Assembly: GCA_964016885.1 (NCBI GenBank)
Contig: OZ024741.1
Coordinates: 316,076,001-316,140,000, forward strand
Reading direction: 5' to 3'
Length of the DNA: 64,000 bases
Origin: Eledone cirrhosa
Taxonomy: Eukaryota
The position numbers and the translations under genes are program-made. Positions 44,190 to 57,770 of this stretch are shown piece after piece; position 1 is the first letter of the stretch; the number at the start of each line of letters is the position of its first letter. The notes beneath the pieces were generated by a model that ran no database searches, had not been told where the DNA came from, and saw only the letters and a program-made list of their open reading frames with translations.

Positions 44190-46042
44190 CAATATATCAT
44201 GAAGAGGTTAGCTAAAGAATCTGGCACGTGTAGGACCTTGATTAATTTAGACCGGGTGGACCGTTGGTATCTGGCGGCGGTACTGAGAGTGGCCGGCTTT
44301 CGGCCAGTCTTTAGAGACCGGATCGCAGCCATGCACAGCGATATCTGCTATGTGGTGACAGTGAACGGTCACCTTTCGGAACCGTTCAACATCATGTGCT
44401 CGGGCCGCCAAGAATATCTCCTCTCATCCCTCTACGTATTGACTCTCGAGCCATTACTGCACGAAATGGAGACGTTTAGGAGCGGCCCGCGTGAACTGGG
44501 ATGCGTGACAATCATGTCAGCTTATGCGGACAACGTCACCGTAGTGATGTCGAGTGCCAAACACATCGAGGCGAGCGACACTACTCTAAGAGATTACGAG
44601 GCAGTGACAGGAGCAATGATTAACCAGAAAAAGTCAGTACACCTGCGGATCGGCACTGGAGAGGCAGGTCCATCTGAGGCGAGTTACGAGCAGGTTTGCC
44701 TCTCTCACCCAGAAATGGGCCGAGAGGGAGCTATCCCTGAAAGGTCGGGTGGAGTCGGTGAACGCGTCCATCATTTACCTGACCATCGTTCCTTGTCCTA
44801 AGCCTCGCCTGACTACACTGACTGGAGCGTTTGTTCTTTCGCTTTTTGTGGAAAGGACCCGCTCCGATGGTCAGGCGGTCCATCGGCTGTCAACACGCGC
44901 TACATGGAGTGCTGGGAATGCCGTGGCTGATGATGCACAAACATGCGCTGAGACTATGGTATCTCCACCTCTTCCTTGATGGCGAACAGGTGTCGTCCCG
45001 GTTTACTGGACACGTTTTTTCCCCTGCTCGTCTCCTTTGCGGAGCTGCAGTCCTGGATTGAGCGAAGACCGAGAAGGAGCACTTGGAGACTGGAATATCT
45101 TCAGGCACTCACAGCTCTCAGTGAATCGGGCACTGTGATCGGTAGAAACTCCACCATAGCGTTCTATTCAGAGTAGTGGAAGGCAAGAGCGATAACGTCA
45201 TAGGGAAGACTCTGGGTGTCGATGAAAATCAACTAATCAATCACTTCGAGAGAAATTTCGGGCCGGGGCCAAGGCCAACTTCCAGAAATCACTGGCCTGG
45301 CAGTGCTACCGAGCAGCTTTGCCAGTTTGAATTAAACTTTACAGGCATGGAAGTGCTGTCAGTCGGACCTGTCCGAGATGCACCCAGGGTGACGAAACCA
45401 TCCTGCATACACTCGTCTAGTGCTTGAGCATTGCTAACTTGTGGGTTTATGTCGAATAGCTGCTGTCACGTGTAGGACGGATACGGCTATCAGCTGAGGG
45501 CTTCGTGAAGATTGTCCCGCCGTCTTCCTTTAGGTGGGAAGGGTAGGCAGTTTTTATCTGCCTGGTGGTCATGGCGAAAGAGGTCGTATGGTGGACACGT
45601 TTGAAAGGGCTGGAGACGAGCACTTACGTCTTCGGCGAAGCCCTAATAAACGTTTTCAAATTTCATCTGAAAAGGAAAATCAGGGTGGAAGAGAAGTGAT
45701 TTGTTGCAAGATGGGTGAAAGATGCGAGCACGGCCTAAGTGAATGGGCCTGCTTTGAGCTTGCACCTATAGATTGGAGGTGGAAAACAGGGAGAGGGCAC
45801 TTGCCATGGTGGTCAGGGTCACCGTGACTTTTTTGTGGGCTTTCTCCACGCGTGACCCTCGAATATGTCCCCCTCTTGGATAATTTTCCTTTCTTTCATT
45901 TTATTGTAACATCCTTTGCTTATGTTTTATGTCTTTGTTTTTACACGCAGAAATGCCCATTTGTACCGTCCTGTACCGTCCTGTACCGTCCTGTGCTGTC
46001 CTTAATGTTATACTTTATGACAACCCTTGTGGTTAATAAAGA
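44190..46042 (+). mobile_element. L1/Tx1-like LINE 3' half, decayed
   Basis: VNGHLSEPF, LYVLTLEPLL, SAYADNV and FLWKG. AATAAA at 46034. Same family as 61755-64000. Confidence 0.9.
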
Positions 46043-47473
46043 GAACATTATTATCATTATTATTGCAGTTGTCGTTGTTCTTATTTCTATTATTTTTATT
46101 ATTACATTTTATCTATCCTAACTATGTTATTGAGATTTTTGTTGAAACAATTGTAAAACATTAAATGATTTAAGAACTTTTATCTAGCATTTTGATTTGT
46201 TATATATATATATATGCAAACATGAACACATTGTATATATGTACATAATGATATACACATACACATATTCGTGCAAATAAACGAGTGTGTACAAGTTAGA
46301 AAATACGGAGTAAGACAACATCGCATGTAAACTTCTCTGAAATAAAATCTAAATAAATTTATTAGAAGAATGCAGAAGAAAGGATGATATTTATTATCGT
46401 GGCCAAAGTAAAAACAACTGATTTTAGGGTTGGGGGAACTGGAAGAGGAAAAAATAGTTGTATAAAATCTGATGTTAAAAGGATTAAATGAGAAAAAAAA
46501 ATTAAAGTCGAATTTAGAGAAAATACAAGAAAAATGGGAATGTCGACGCAAAAATGAACAAAAAAAAGTAAATAAAGATGAGCAATTTATCGATTTCGGC
46601 AATTTGAAAAACAACCAGGAAGCAGGTCAGAATAACAAGTTTTTAAAATATTGTTCAAAGAACTGGTAGTGTTTAAGATCCAATGCATTATCATCGACCA
46701 GGTTTTATAAAGTACTCCATCCATTAGGCCTTTAAAGAATTACAAATAAAATCTTGATATGTGTGTCCAAGATTTCAATAATTTAAAATTCTTGTTTGAA
46801 GCAAATTATTTTGCAGAAAAATTGTAATTGTTTCGCTCAAACACAACGAATACTCAAATATGGTAAATGTTGTTTTTGTATCGCCCCTGCATCTTAAATA
46901 TAGACCGGTGTTTCTTGCAGAGAACTTGGCTAGATTCCTTTAAAACCCAAGTATACTTGGCTAGATTCGTAGAAAGACCGTTTATACAAGTACTTAAATG
47001 TATTTTCATGTTTTAAATATATTTTCCATTAACACTGTGAGCGTTTTGTACATGTGATCTTGTCCAAGCAATTAACTTTGTGTGGGACGCGTAAAATTAC
47101 AGGTACAATGTTAAATATTATTATCGACATTAGAGATCTGTTTAACATTGGACGGTAAACAAAAGCTGCAATATTTCTCAACTCAAATGGCTTACTTCCA
47201 ATGTGCTTTTGTTGAAGATACAGTGATATATAAGGAAGATACTGTGATATATAAGGCCTGAAGGGAAGTGTTGAGATTAAATAAAGAAGACCTTGTCTAT
47301 GTTTACATACATACATACATCCATACATACATACATGCATACATACATACATACATACATACATACATACATACATACATAGATACATACATATGTACGT
47401 ACAAACATACATACATACATACATACATACATACATACATACATACATACATACATACATACATACATACATA

Positions 47474-50400
47474 CAATGGCGACCGTTGTGGTCAGTGTCC
47501 GATAATCGGACGTGTGTAATTACGGCTTACATGAAGGCAACATACCATATATTGGAAAAAGTTGAGCTACATTACGCGGTAAGATTACATACAATAATTC
47601 TACATAAGTGTTTGAACTGTAGGTGTGTTGTAAAACACCTATTTATATGAACGATACATACACTTATGATATATGAACGATACATACACTTATAATATAT
47701 GAACGATACATACACTTTAACATATAAATTCAACGTTGTTATATTACATTTATAAAGAAATATACAAGTAACGTGTTCGATTCAGAAACAAAAACATAAG
47801 TGTTTGAACTTTGAATATGTTGTGAATAAGTTGTAGAACACCTATTTATATGAATGATACATAAACTTTAACATATAAATACAACGTTGTTATATTATAT
47901 TACATTCATAAAGAAATATACTAAGTAACGGTTCTTTTTGTTCTTGATTCAAACGATTCAAGAACAACGTTTAAAACACAGTTGTAGAATTATAAACTAA
48001 CTGAAAAGAAATATTACCCAAGCTGTGAATAACTTTAAATTTGATTCTGACAGAACTTTGTCGAAACTTTTAAAGAAGATCATCGACTATTTTGAAAAAT
48101 AAATACGAAATATTAGTGAATAGACGAACTCATCATGGTAAAAGTACAAGTCTCCTTCGACCAAATCGCAACTACAACCGTTGTATACAGTGGAGCTACG
48201 AGCTTAACAAAGAATTATATGAAGCATACAAACAATCTGAACCCCAAAGTTCGGTTTTATGCAAAGGCTAAAAACTTTATGGAACTCCAAACACCCAGAA
48301 TTAGACTTTTCTCCAAAGCCTTTAAATGAACAGGCAAAATGTATCATTAGATGTAAATTGATACATCTAACGGAATTGAGTGATACTACAAATACAGCCC
48401 TTGTAGACAACCACCCCACCTCCACTGACAGACAAAGAGAATGGCCAGCTAAATCTAACAGTGAACAGCTCACCAACAATTTTGCTGAAATCCATCCCAC
48501 TTCCACTGAAGAACAGCGAGAAAGGTCAGCTAACTCTAGTAGTAATTGTCACCACATCAACAACGAGGCTGAAATTCATGACTCTACTGTACAAACAGAA
48601 CACCAAAATCTTGTGGACACCTTACAAGTGATATGGGACGATATGTTTCAAGAGATACACAGCCTTAATGTGAGTGACAGACCATACAACACCAGAATCA
48701 GTAAAGAACCCACTAAATTGGAATTGGAAGCGGTGAACGAAATAGCTGGCAATTATCTGAAGGCTATACGATCTAAAGGTATAGAAACGACATTTGAAAC
48801 GCTTAATATTTGTTATATGTTTCAGCTGTCACATTGCTATCATATGACACACATCTAAAACCACGCAATCAAGATACAAACAAAAAGCCTGAACCAGCGT
48901 GGATGCGAAATTTAAAAAGCAAAATTTGTCCCTGAGACGAAGTATCTCACACATCGCAGTCGCTATGAAATGCAACATAGAGAGCAACTTCACACGACAC
49001 CAGGAAGACCTAAAAAAAAAAGTTAGAGAGACGATTTGGAGATACAAAATTTAAAACTTTGAACTCCAAATTACACCAGTTGAAACAACAACTCACAGTT
49101 ACAACAGAAAGACTAAAATATAAGTCAACAGCACATAAACGACAAGTGCTAAATAGATTGTTTGCCAGAGATCCTAAATCAGTTTATCGCAGCTTCGGTG
49201 GCAAACGCTCAATCCCTCTAAATAACACTCCTTCAAAAGAACAGGTTGAGAGCTACTGGAGATCTGTATGGGAAACGGATGACGGATTCAACAGACAAAC
49301 TAATTGGCTAAAAGAACTGGAACAGGACTACTGCTAACATGTCCAGACAAAACAATATGACATAGATGGGTCAATACTGGAAACAGCTCTACAGAAAATG
49401 TCGAATAGGAAATCACCAGGCCCAGACCTCATTACAGGATAATGGTTGAAGAATTTCACTTTCTATCGGCAAGATCTCATACGGCTGTTTACAGAAACCA
49501 TTAAAGGCACACAAGAACTGCCCAGATGGTTATCAACTGCCACTACTCTCCTCCTTCCCCAAAATAGCCAAACCACCCTTGCTGAAAATTACCGCCCAAT
49601 AGCCTGCCAAAACATCATATATAAATTATATACTGGGTGCCTTAACCTGTTCTTACAGGATCACTGTGCTACCAACAACATGATAACACCTGAGCAAGCT
49701 GGTGGAAAGAGAGAGGTGTGGGGTTGCATAGATCACCTACTAACTAATAAAATGATTCAGGAAAAAACAACAAAGAATCGCAGAAACATGACTGTGGTGT
49801 GGCTGGACTATCAAAAATCATTTGATAGTATACCTCATGGGTGGATTATTAAGGCTTTACAGTTAGCCAAAGTCCCACAACCATTGGTAGCTGCTGTTGA
49901 ACGCCTGACCAAGAACTGATACACCAATTTGATCCTTAGAGGTGAGAAGGAGCAAGTTAAGACTGATAAGATACATTACCAGAAGGGCATCTTTCAGGGT
50001 GATAGCTTGTCAGTGCTACTCTTCGTTCTCTCACTAAATCCACTATCTTACCTACTCAGGAAACAAGGTGGACAAAGAAGTGGTGGGTCCAGAAGTATCT
50101 CCCATCTTTTCTTTGTTGATGACCTGAAGTTGTATGGGCCAAATATCAATGACATCAAGAAACAATTGGACCTCATTACACAATTTTCAACAGACATCAA
50201 AATGAAATTTGGTGAGTCCAAGTGTGCATATTTGGCAGCAAAACGTGGAAGAGCTGTGCCCTCCTCTAGAAATCTAGAGATGAACGGCCTGACAATACAA
50301 CCTCTACAGTCAGGTGACAACTACAGATATCTTGGACTGGATGAGAATGTCAGATATGATGGACCCATAAATAAGGAGAGAAACAGAACTGAATACCTCA

Positions 50401-51450
50401 GAAGAGTAAAGAAAATATGGTCATCAGAACTGTCAGCGTACAACAAATACATTGCCCACAATACTTATGCTGTGCCAATTCTAACGCCAACATTTGGCCT
50501 GCTGAACTGGTCATTGCAAGAACTAAGTGAGATGGATGTTAGAACTCGCAAACTTCTCAGTGTTACTGGGAACTTTAACATCAATGGTGATGTGGATAGG
50601 CTATACTTCTCACGCAAGGAAGGTGGCCTGGGTCTAAAATCCATATTAACAACATATGAGACCCGGATAGTAACACTGAAGCAACACCTTCAACAGAGGA
50701 AAAAGGTTGGCAACCATCTTGCCCAGGTTTATGAGCATGAAAAAAAAATATCATTAGAATAGCGACTGATCTGGAGGAGAGATATGGAATAAAGCCTGAT
50801 ATAAATCTCTCACCCAGAGAAATCGGAAGATCCTATTCAATGTTCAAACAAGATGAAAAAATTGACCAATTTACAGAAAAGTTTGTGCATGGATACTTGA
50901 GACGTAAAACACAGACCATAGAGGGGATAAACCACTCAAAAAGCCTGGCATGGAGTTCCGACAAGTTTATGACATCACACCTTGAGGGATATCTCTATGC
51001 AATACAGGAACAACAACTCCCTACCAAATATCTGCTGCACAAAAGGGAAGGGCCAGCAGCTGACAATAAATGTAGGCTATGTAAAACAAAGATCGAGGAT
51101 GTAAGCCATATTGTTGCCAGCTGCGAAAGAATGTCATCTCGCTACTACCTCCCCATGAGACACGATGGGATAGCTAGAACCATCTGGAACGCACTTCGGA
51201 AAACAAAATTAACAACAAACGAGGAAGAATATATTGAGACAGATGGCACTAAGGAATACTGGTGGAACCTGAAAATAAAAACTGCCACCAAATTAAAGCA
51301 CAAGCGGCCTGATATTGTTGTTTGGGACCACACATTGAAAACGTGTTCTGTTGTGGAGATCAGCTGCCCACTTGATGTAAACGTTGTCAGAAAAATACAG
51401 GAAGGTGGCCGGTCAAAAAAATATACTCGAAATTAAGAGAAAGAGATAAC
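47474..51450 (+). mobile_element. Near full-length R4/Dong-like LINE (5' UTR, N-terminal domain, RT, CCHC, REL), with (CATA)n at both ends
   Basis: MQRLKTLW..HPE, SPGPD, NYRPIAC, WLDYQKSFDSIPH, GIFQGDSLS, HLFFVDDLKLY, YRYLG, CRLC..H..SC, MRHD and RPDIVVWD..VEISCP. Several stops and frameshifts; the 3' end is clipped. Confidence 0.92.
47600..47930 (+). repeat. Tandem repeats in the R4 5' region (26-bp unit x3 inside a duplication of about 170-190 bp)
   Basis: atgaacgatacatacactt three times. cataagtgtttgaact..acacctatttatatgaa..caacgttgttatatta twice. Confidence 0.8.
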
Positions 51451-51960
51451 ATACATATATACATACATAGATACATACATGCATGCATACATACATACAT
51501 ACATGCATACATACATACATACATACATACATACATACATACATACATACATACATACAGTATGTCTGTTTCTCTATTCTTTACGTATCTTTGTACAGCT
51601 TTCTGTTGATGTTTATAGAGAAGAGCTAGAGAGAAGAAAGACAGTAAGGATTGAAAAGATAAGTATGGACAATAGAATGACAACAGAAATAGAAATAAAA
51701 ATAAAATTAATTAAAAAAAAGAAATAGCGTTGAAAATAAGATTGAACATAAAAGTAAAATTAAAAAGAATAGGAATGAAAATAAAGATAATTTTGAAAGA
51801 AAAATGAAAAATGATGAGAATCAAATGAAGCAGTAAGAAAATAAAGCAAGGCTTGAAGACTAACTGATAGAAGGCAGAAATGAAGGCCTTTATTAATTAC
51901 TGTTACTACGCACATGAATATATCTATGTATGTATATATGTGGGGGGTATGTGTGTGGTG

Positions 51961-52083
<123 letters not shown>

Positions 52084-52634
52084 TGTGCGTGTGTGTGTGT
52101 GTGTGTGTGCATCCGTAAATAGTTGACGACCGAGAGAAAAGACTACGAAATACCGAAGTAGAGTTTAGCTATAAATTTTATTAAGGCTAAATAGTGAGTC
52201 TTGTCACTTTGGAGTTTTTGGAGTTAACATTCCTAGAGTGCTCGGAAAAGTAAATTTCCCTTTCTTTCGCTAGACGAAAATACTCGGAACGGTTGACACG
52301 CCATTGGGCCCCGGGCTGGCCGAGGGTCCGCAACGTCGCTGGTTAATGACCGCTAAGTATGGGCTTAATCTTTACTCCATATTCTACCATGAAACTTTAT
52401 CGTGACTATGTATAATACATATAAACTTTTTCATTAAATTCTTCTGTAAATTCTTTGACTAAATCTCCCAATTTTAAACCTAAATCTTACTTTTCTAATT
52501 TCATCTTAAATGGCATCTTTTAATTCTAAACATAAGTTTTACATTTCTAATTGTTAATCGTAATTTCAGACCCTACAATATACTGTGTAGACGCTTTGTA
52601 AAGATATATGTTTTTTTGAAAAAATAAATTTCGT

Positions 52635-52992
52635 AGCACTTCCTAGCATTTCTGACCAGCTTGAATGTAACCTGATCTCACCGCTGGCCTCTGTCTATGA
52701 CGGGGTGGTAGTAGTACACTATAAGCCTACGTGCCTTCACCAGAAGGACATAAGTTGACTTAATAATCATCACTTGTGGGCGGCTGACCGCGCTAGAAGC
52801 TGCTAAATGTTCGGCAGCCGCCCTCCTGTCTCTGCTTTTTAGACCCATGGATTTTGTCTATTATATTCCTTTGTTAAATTTCGAATACCTGATGATGTCA
52901 CCGGATTCATACTGAACCCGGTCACTGAAATGATCATAGTATAATAAACCATTTAAGGAATTACACCAGTCCAACCTCTTGTTGTTTTATAA
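52635..52992 (+). mobile_element. PLE pLTR-like unit, family F
   Basis: Homologous to 33240-33730. The HHR is followed by AATAAA. Confidence 0.8.
52885..52942 (+). ncRNA. Minimal type I hammerhead ribozyme
   Basis: atac-CTGATGA(52889)-tgtcaccgg attca tac tgaac ccggtcact-GAAA T GATC A TA^gtat. Palindromic GATC loop. Confidence 0.8.
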
Positions 52993-53302
52993 TAATTAAC
53001 TCCGTACTCGCACCACCAATAACACAAACGAAGACGGGTGAGTTGCATTACATCGAGTGCTCTCCCTAATATTACATTGAGGTTGACCATACGGAATGAC
53101 CAGTTCTATCCAGTGGTGAACCAACAAACCTATATATATATATATATATATTTCTGTCGGGATTTGCGACCGGTAGATAGTATTAGCAATTGGAAAGACC
53201 AATGGAAACATTGCTTCCGCGGTCCAATTGAACGAGCTCCACCCGACATGTTATGCAAATGAGGTCTGGGATCTTGTCGATCGACTATTATATATATATA
53301 TA

Positions 53303-55839
53303 AGCAAAAGGAATATTTAATTTGTTGGTAATTCAACAAATATAAATGTTTATAACTGATTCAAAGGACTCGACAAGTTTTCTGGAGTATAATATTCAAT
53401 TGAATACTATTTAATTGAATAATATTTAATTAAAAACCATAGCAATAGTGAAATTAATAGGAAAAAGAAATTCACAATACAATTGTTCAACAACAACAAC
53501 CTTAATTTAAAAATCGAGAATAATTACAAAACCGTTAACTTGTTAGATGTAACCTTAAACCTTAGCTCAGGTCTTTACTATCCTTTCCATAAAATTAACG
53601 AAAATCTAAATTACGTAAGTTTCAATTCTAATCATCCTAGAAATATACAAAACACTATTGTCAATAGCGACCAGCAACGGGTTTCACGCATCTCTGCTAA
53701 TAAAAATATTTTTGATGATAAGGCAGAATATTACAATGAGGTTTTACATAGAGCAGGATACTCGAATAAAATTAAATACTTAGATAACAATAACAGTACA
53801 AATCATCCTAGAGTTCATTATAATAACAATAAACAATTTCACTTAAATAGTAAACCAAACAAAAAAAATAGAACTAGAAATATTATTTGGTACTCTCCCC
53901 CATTCTCATTAGGCGTTAAAACACCTTTAGCAAACTATTTTTTAAAGCACTAGATAAGTATTTTCCTAAAGCCCACAGATACCACTCTATTTTTAACAGA
54001 CTCACTATAAAACTATCCTACTCTACTACTATGAACATAGCACAAAATATAAATAGAATTAATAATAGAAACCTAAATTTAAACCCTAACCAAACAAACC
54101 AAGATAGCAATAATAATATTTCTAACAACAATATTCATAATAATAGTACCGTTCCTAATAACAACTCCAGAAAATGTAACTGTAGAATTAAATCAAACTG
54201 CCCTTTACAAAATAATTGCTTGGACAAAAACGTAATTTATAAATGCACAGTTAAAACTAGAGACAAAATATTTAACTATATAGGTGCCACTTCTACAACG
54301 CTGGTACAACCACAAACACACATTTAATAGGTCCGATAAAAAATCTTCCACTTCACTTTCACATTTAATTTGGAATTTAAAGGGCAACAATATAGACTAC
54401 TCAATATCTTGGGGAACGATTTCGAAAGCACCTGCATACCGAAATACGGCTTTCTCAAGAATCTGTCACTTGTGTATCGATGAAATTTTTTTATATAATT
54501 AACTGTCAAAACTTTATTAATTTAAGAACAGAATTATTTTCTAGTTGCAGACATCGCCAAAATTCCACTTTCAGAAGTATTTTTAATCTATGATATTCAT
54601 TACTCTTGACTATATCTTATACATCTTTAAAATGAGCTTTTACTGAGTATTTCTTTAAAAATTTAAAATGTTTTAAATGATCTTCCTTCTTAAATTTAGT
54701 ATTTTTACCATTTGCTATTCTTTTCCTAATGATACTCTTCTTAATCTATTTTTTCAGATGTAGATTGATAATCTTTAATTGACATTCTGAAAGATATCCT
54801 CTTTACGATAGTTCTTCTAAATGCATAATACTTGTTTCCTCTTTTTAATCTTCAAACTTTTCACACATCTTTCGACGTAAATAATATGTAATTGAAATTC
54901 TCATCCTTGAGAAAAAAATAATCTCACACGAAATAATATATAATTTTCTCTACATACTTTCTGAGTAAATCATTCATCAAATTTAATGGTTAGCAAATAA
55001 AATTGGAGTTATGTTTTCCTTTACAATTGAGCAAACATGTTAACTTGTATGATAAACTATATAACTTCGCTAAATTAACAATATTCTGAAAACATTTTCA
55101 ATGTTGGAACAAAATATTTGAATCTACAAATTGTTCTCCTCTTACAACTTGAATTACGTCTTTTTCTTAAATTTTTGTTATGTAAAATGTAAAATCAACA
55201 TCCTTCGTAACTCATATGAGAAATATAAACAATTAATAATTGTGGTTTATTTCTATAAAATCACCAATAATACTTATACTTGCACAATTATTAATCTATA
55301 TAGATATGTATATACTTACAACGTGTTGTAATAAGATAAAATGTACTTACAACCATAATTCTTCATATAATCTAATTGATTATATATACAATATTATAAC
55401 TCATAATATAGCTAAATAATTCTTTTTAATTCTGGAATCATATTCCACCATTCCTACAAACTGTAAATTAACGTAAATACAAGCTCTTCTTTCTTTCTCT
55501 TTCTTCTTTCTGCACATACATACATATATCCTAATAATTATTTAAATCTACCTAGCGTCTAAAAATAACGTTTTTTTCAGCCCTATACCTCAACCTCATT
55601 TGCATACTCATCTTAATAATTTGAAATATTTGACTTTTCTTCTCTTTCCCTTCTTTCCTTTATTATCCAGGAAAAACTTGAACCATTAAGATCTTCTTCC
55701 TTTCCTGGTTATGTCAATATTTATAAAACAAACTTTGTATTTTATCTGATGAGAGCGTACCAAAGTTTTGGTACCCTTGAAATATATATATAATAGAATC
55801 AATATGGTTTTATAAATATAGTTTCCATTTATTTAATAT

Positions 55840-55845
<6 letters not shown>
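53303..55845 (+). mobile_element. 5'-truncated Naiad-type Penelope-like element: inverted pLTR piece, RT C-terminus, GIY-YIG, 3' UTR, pLTR with HHR; in (TA)n
   Basis: VNLLDVTLNL..YV..SNHP, IIWYSPPFS, IFNRLTIKLSYS, CNCRIKSNCPLQNNC (CxCx5Cx5C), VIYKC..YIG, CHLCIDE and SCRHR. Frameshifted. Confidence 0.9.
55738..55799 (+). ncRNA. Minimal type I hammerhead ribozyme (family C)
   Basis: tattttat-CTGATGA(55746)-gagc gtaccaaa gt tttggtac cctt-GAAA TATATATA TA^atagaat. Confidence 0.8.
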
Positions 55846-55899
<54 letters not shown>

Positions 55900-55900
<1 letters not shown>

Positions 55901-56544
55901 ATTTAATATATCTACTAACATAAGCGCACAGATGTACGCTAATGCCAGCAAATACACAGGTTATGTCATAGTACCTAGGTGGTTCAATGCAGGAGGATGC
56001 AGAACAATAATATAAAAGACGTAAAACAAGAAAATGTTTACCACCTAGGTACTATGACATAACCTGTGTATTTGCTGGCATTAGCGTACATCTGTGCGCT
56101 TATGTTAGTAGATATATTAAATTATCTATATTTATCTCCAAATCACTGATTTGTCGAGCAAACCTGCCAAAACCACTTCTAAAAAATGTTTGGGGGTGTT
56201 AGTAGGCGTCTGTCATCTTACCATCCCATTCCTACTGACTAGCCTCTGTGTCACGTGATTGATTCTTTAGAATCGGCCATATGACCAGTGGCAGTGAGAA
56301 TTTTCAGTGCCTGGAATCCAGTCCTCGATAGCTGTTCCATTTACCGAATTATTATTATTTTTATATGAGTCCCCAGTGTCCGGGCATTGCCTGGAGACTT
56401 GGCTGAGAATAGATCTCCCTGATGACGCAATGAAATTCTCAACAGTTCATTACGTAACTGTCTTTATCCCATTGCAGAAACTAATTAGTTGGAGTGAAAA
56501 TTTAAGTAAGTAAGTTAATTTTTTTTAAATGTTCTTATTTTACG

Positions 56545-56552
<8 letters not shown>
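55900..56552 (+). mobile_element. Non-coding unit, family E: inverted piece (55900-56039) plus direct copy (56040-56552) with a degenerate HHR
   Basis: Perfect inverted repeat of about 84 bp (55900-55983 / 56040-56123). CTGATGA-cgcaatgaa..ttcattac-GTAAC at 56419-56458. Confidence 0.75.
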
Positions 56553-56609
<57 letters not shown>

Positions 56610-56734
56610 CATATAAGAGTATGTTTTTCAAATATTACTACAATCTAAACTATAATAAAGTAAGGAGCGCTGGACTGCGTACGGTTTATTTCTTTTAATC
56701 CAGTTAGTAAAATAAGTTGGATTACTTTGAATAA

Positions 56735-56925
56735 ATAATTGTTTCTACTTTAGGCACAAGGCCAGCAATTACCCAGTGCATTACTGGTACTTTATTTTAT
56801 CGACCCCGTAAGGATGAAAGGCAAAGTCAACCTCGGCTGGATTTGGACATCAGATCGTAAAGGGACGTAACTATGCTGGAAAGCATGACGTCAGACCCTC
56901 TACCGATACTGCCAATCCACCTGCC
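56735..56925 (-). mobile_element. tRNA-derived SINE with a Meta-like domain
   Basis: Reverse complement of the 22373-22553 family. Confidence 0.85.
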
Positions 56926-57521
56926 ATACTTTGAATAAATAATGAATGAATATTACAAAATTTATCTACTAAATTTCGTGGCTGTTGATTAAATATATTT
57001 TATTGCTTATTTAAAGATTCACTTCTTTAAAATTTTCAAATGTCAACACTTCCATTTAGCGATCACTTAAATAAGAATTCATATATTTCCGTCACTAATT
57101 TTCTCCTAATGCAGTTTATATATAATATCGTCTTTTTAAATGTATCATGGATTACGTTACTGTGTATATTTCTGTGTATATTGTCAATTACGATTTTATT
57201 TGATGTATCATATCTACATGCATATATACTTGCGTATAATATCAATATGCACACTACACAAGCTAACAGAAAACTACCCGATGGGTGATTTTTCTGCTAG
57301 TGTATATTAACTATAATAATATAGTTGAATAAAATGAGATATAACCCCTTGAGACGGGAAAAAGTGAACAGAATCATATGCAAGGAATCAACCATGTCAC
57401 TGTCGTAAACCAGATGGCCGTATTGCCATTCTATATAAGTCTTTGGTAAATGTAAATGTAGGAAATTATAATAGAGATAAAAGTGGTAGTTTCGTGTTAC
57501 ATAATAGTTCTTTCTTGAAGT

Positions 57522-57770
57522 TTATCGACAAGATCCCAGACCTCATTCGCTTAACGATTGGGGTAGAGCACATTAAATCGGACCGAGGGAATAATGTTTC
57601 CATTGGTCTTTCAATTGCTAATACTATCTGTCGGTCGCAACTCCACATAGAAGGAACAACGTGAAATAAAGTGTCTTACTCAAGGACATAATGCATCACC
57701 CGGTCCGGAAATCGAAATTATAATCTCACGATTGCGAATCCATTTCCCTAACCACTCAGCCACGTGTCTT
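57522..57770 (-). mobile_element. tRNA-derived SINE (same family as 14703-14897)
   Basis: Reverse complement has cgtggctgagtggttagg, tgtccttgagtaagacactttatttcacgttg and ggaaacatt.ttcc.cggtc. Confidence 0.75.

Noticed and set aside
47474-47560. HDV-like ribozyme at the R4 5' end
   Set aside because: Only simple hairpins (gacc/ggtc, gtccgat/atcggac) are visible; I found no nested double pseudoknot by eye.
54170-54560. Selenocysteine recoding, known in some Naiad PLEs
   Set aside because: The Cys positions here are TGT/TGC (one TGG in the copy near 2855). There is no in-frame TGA at conserved Cys and I recognised no SECIS.
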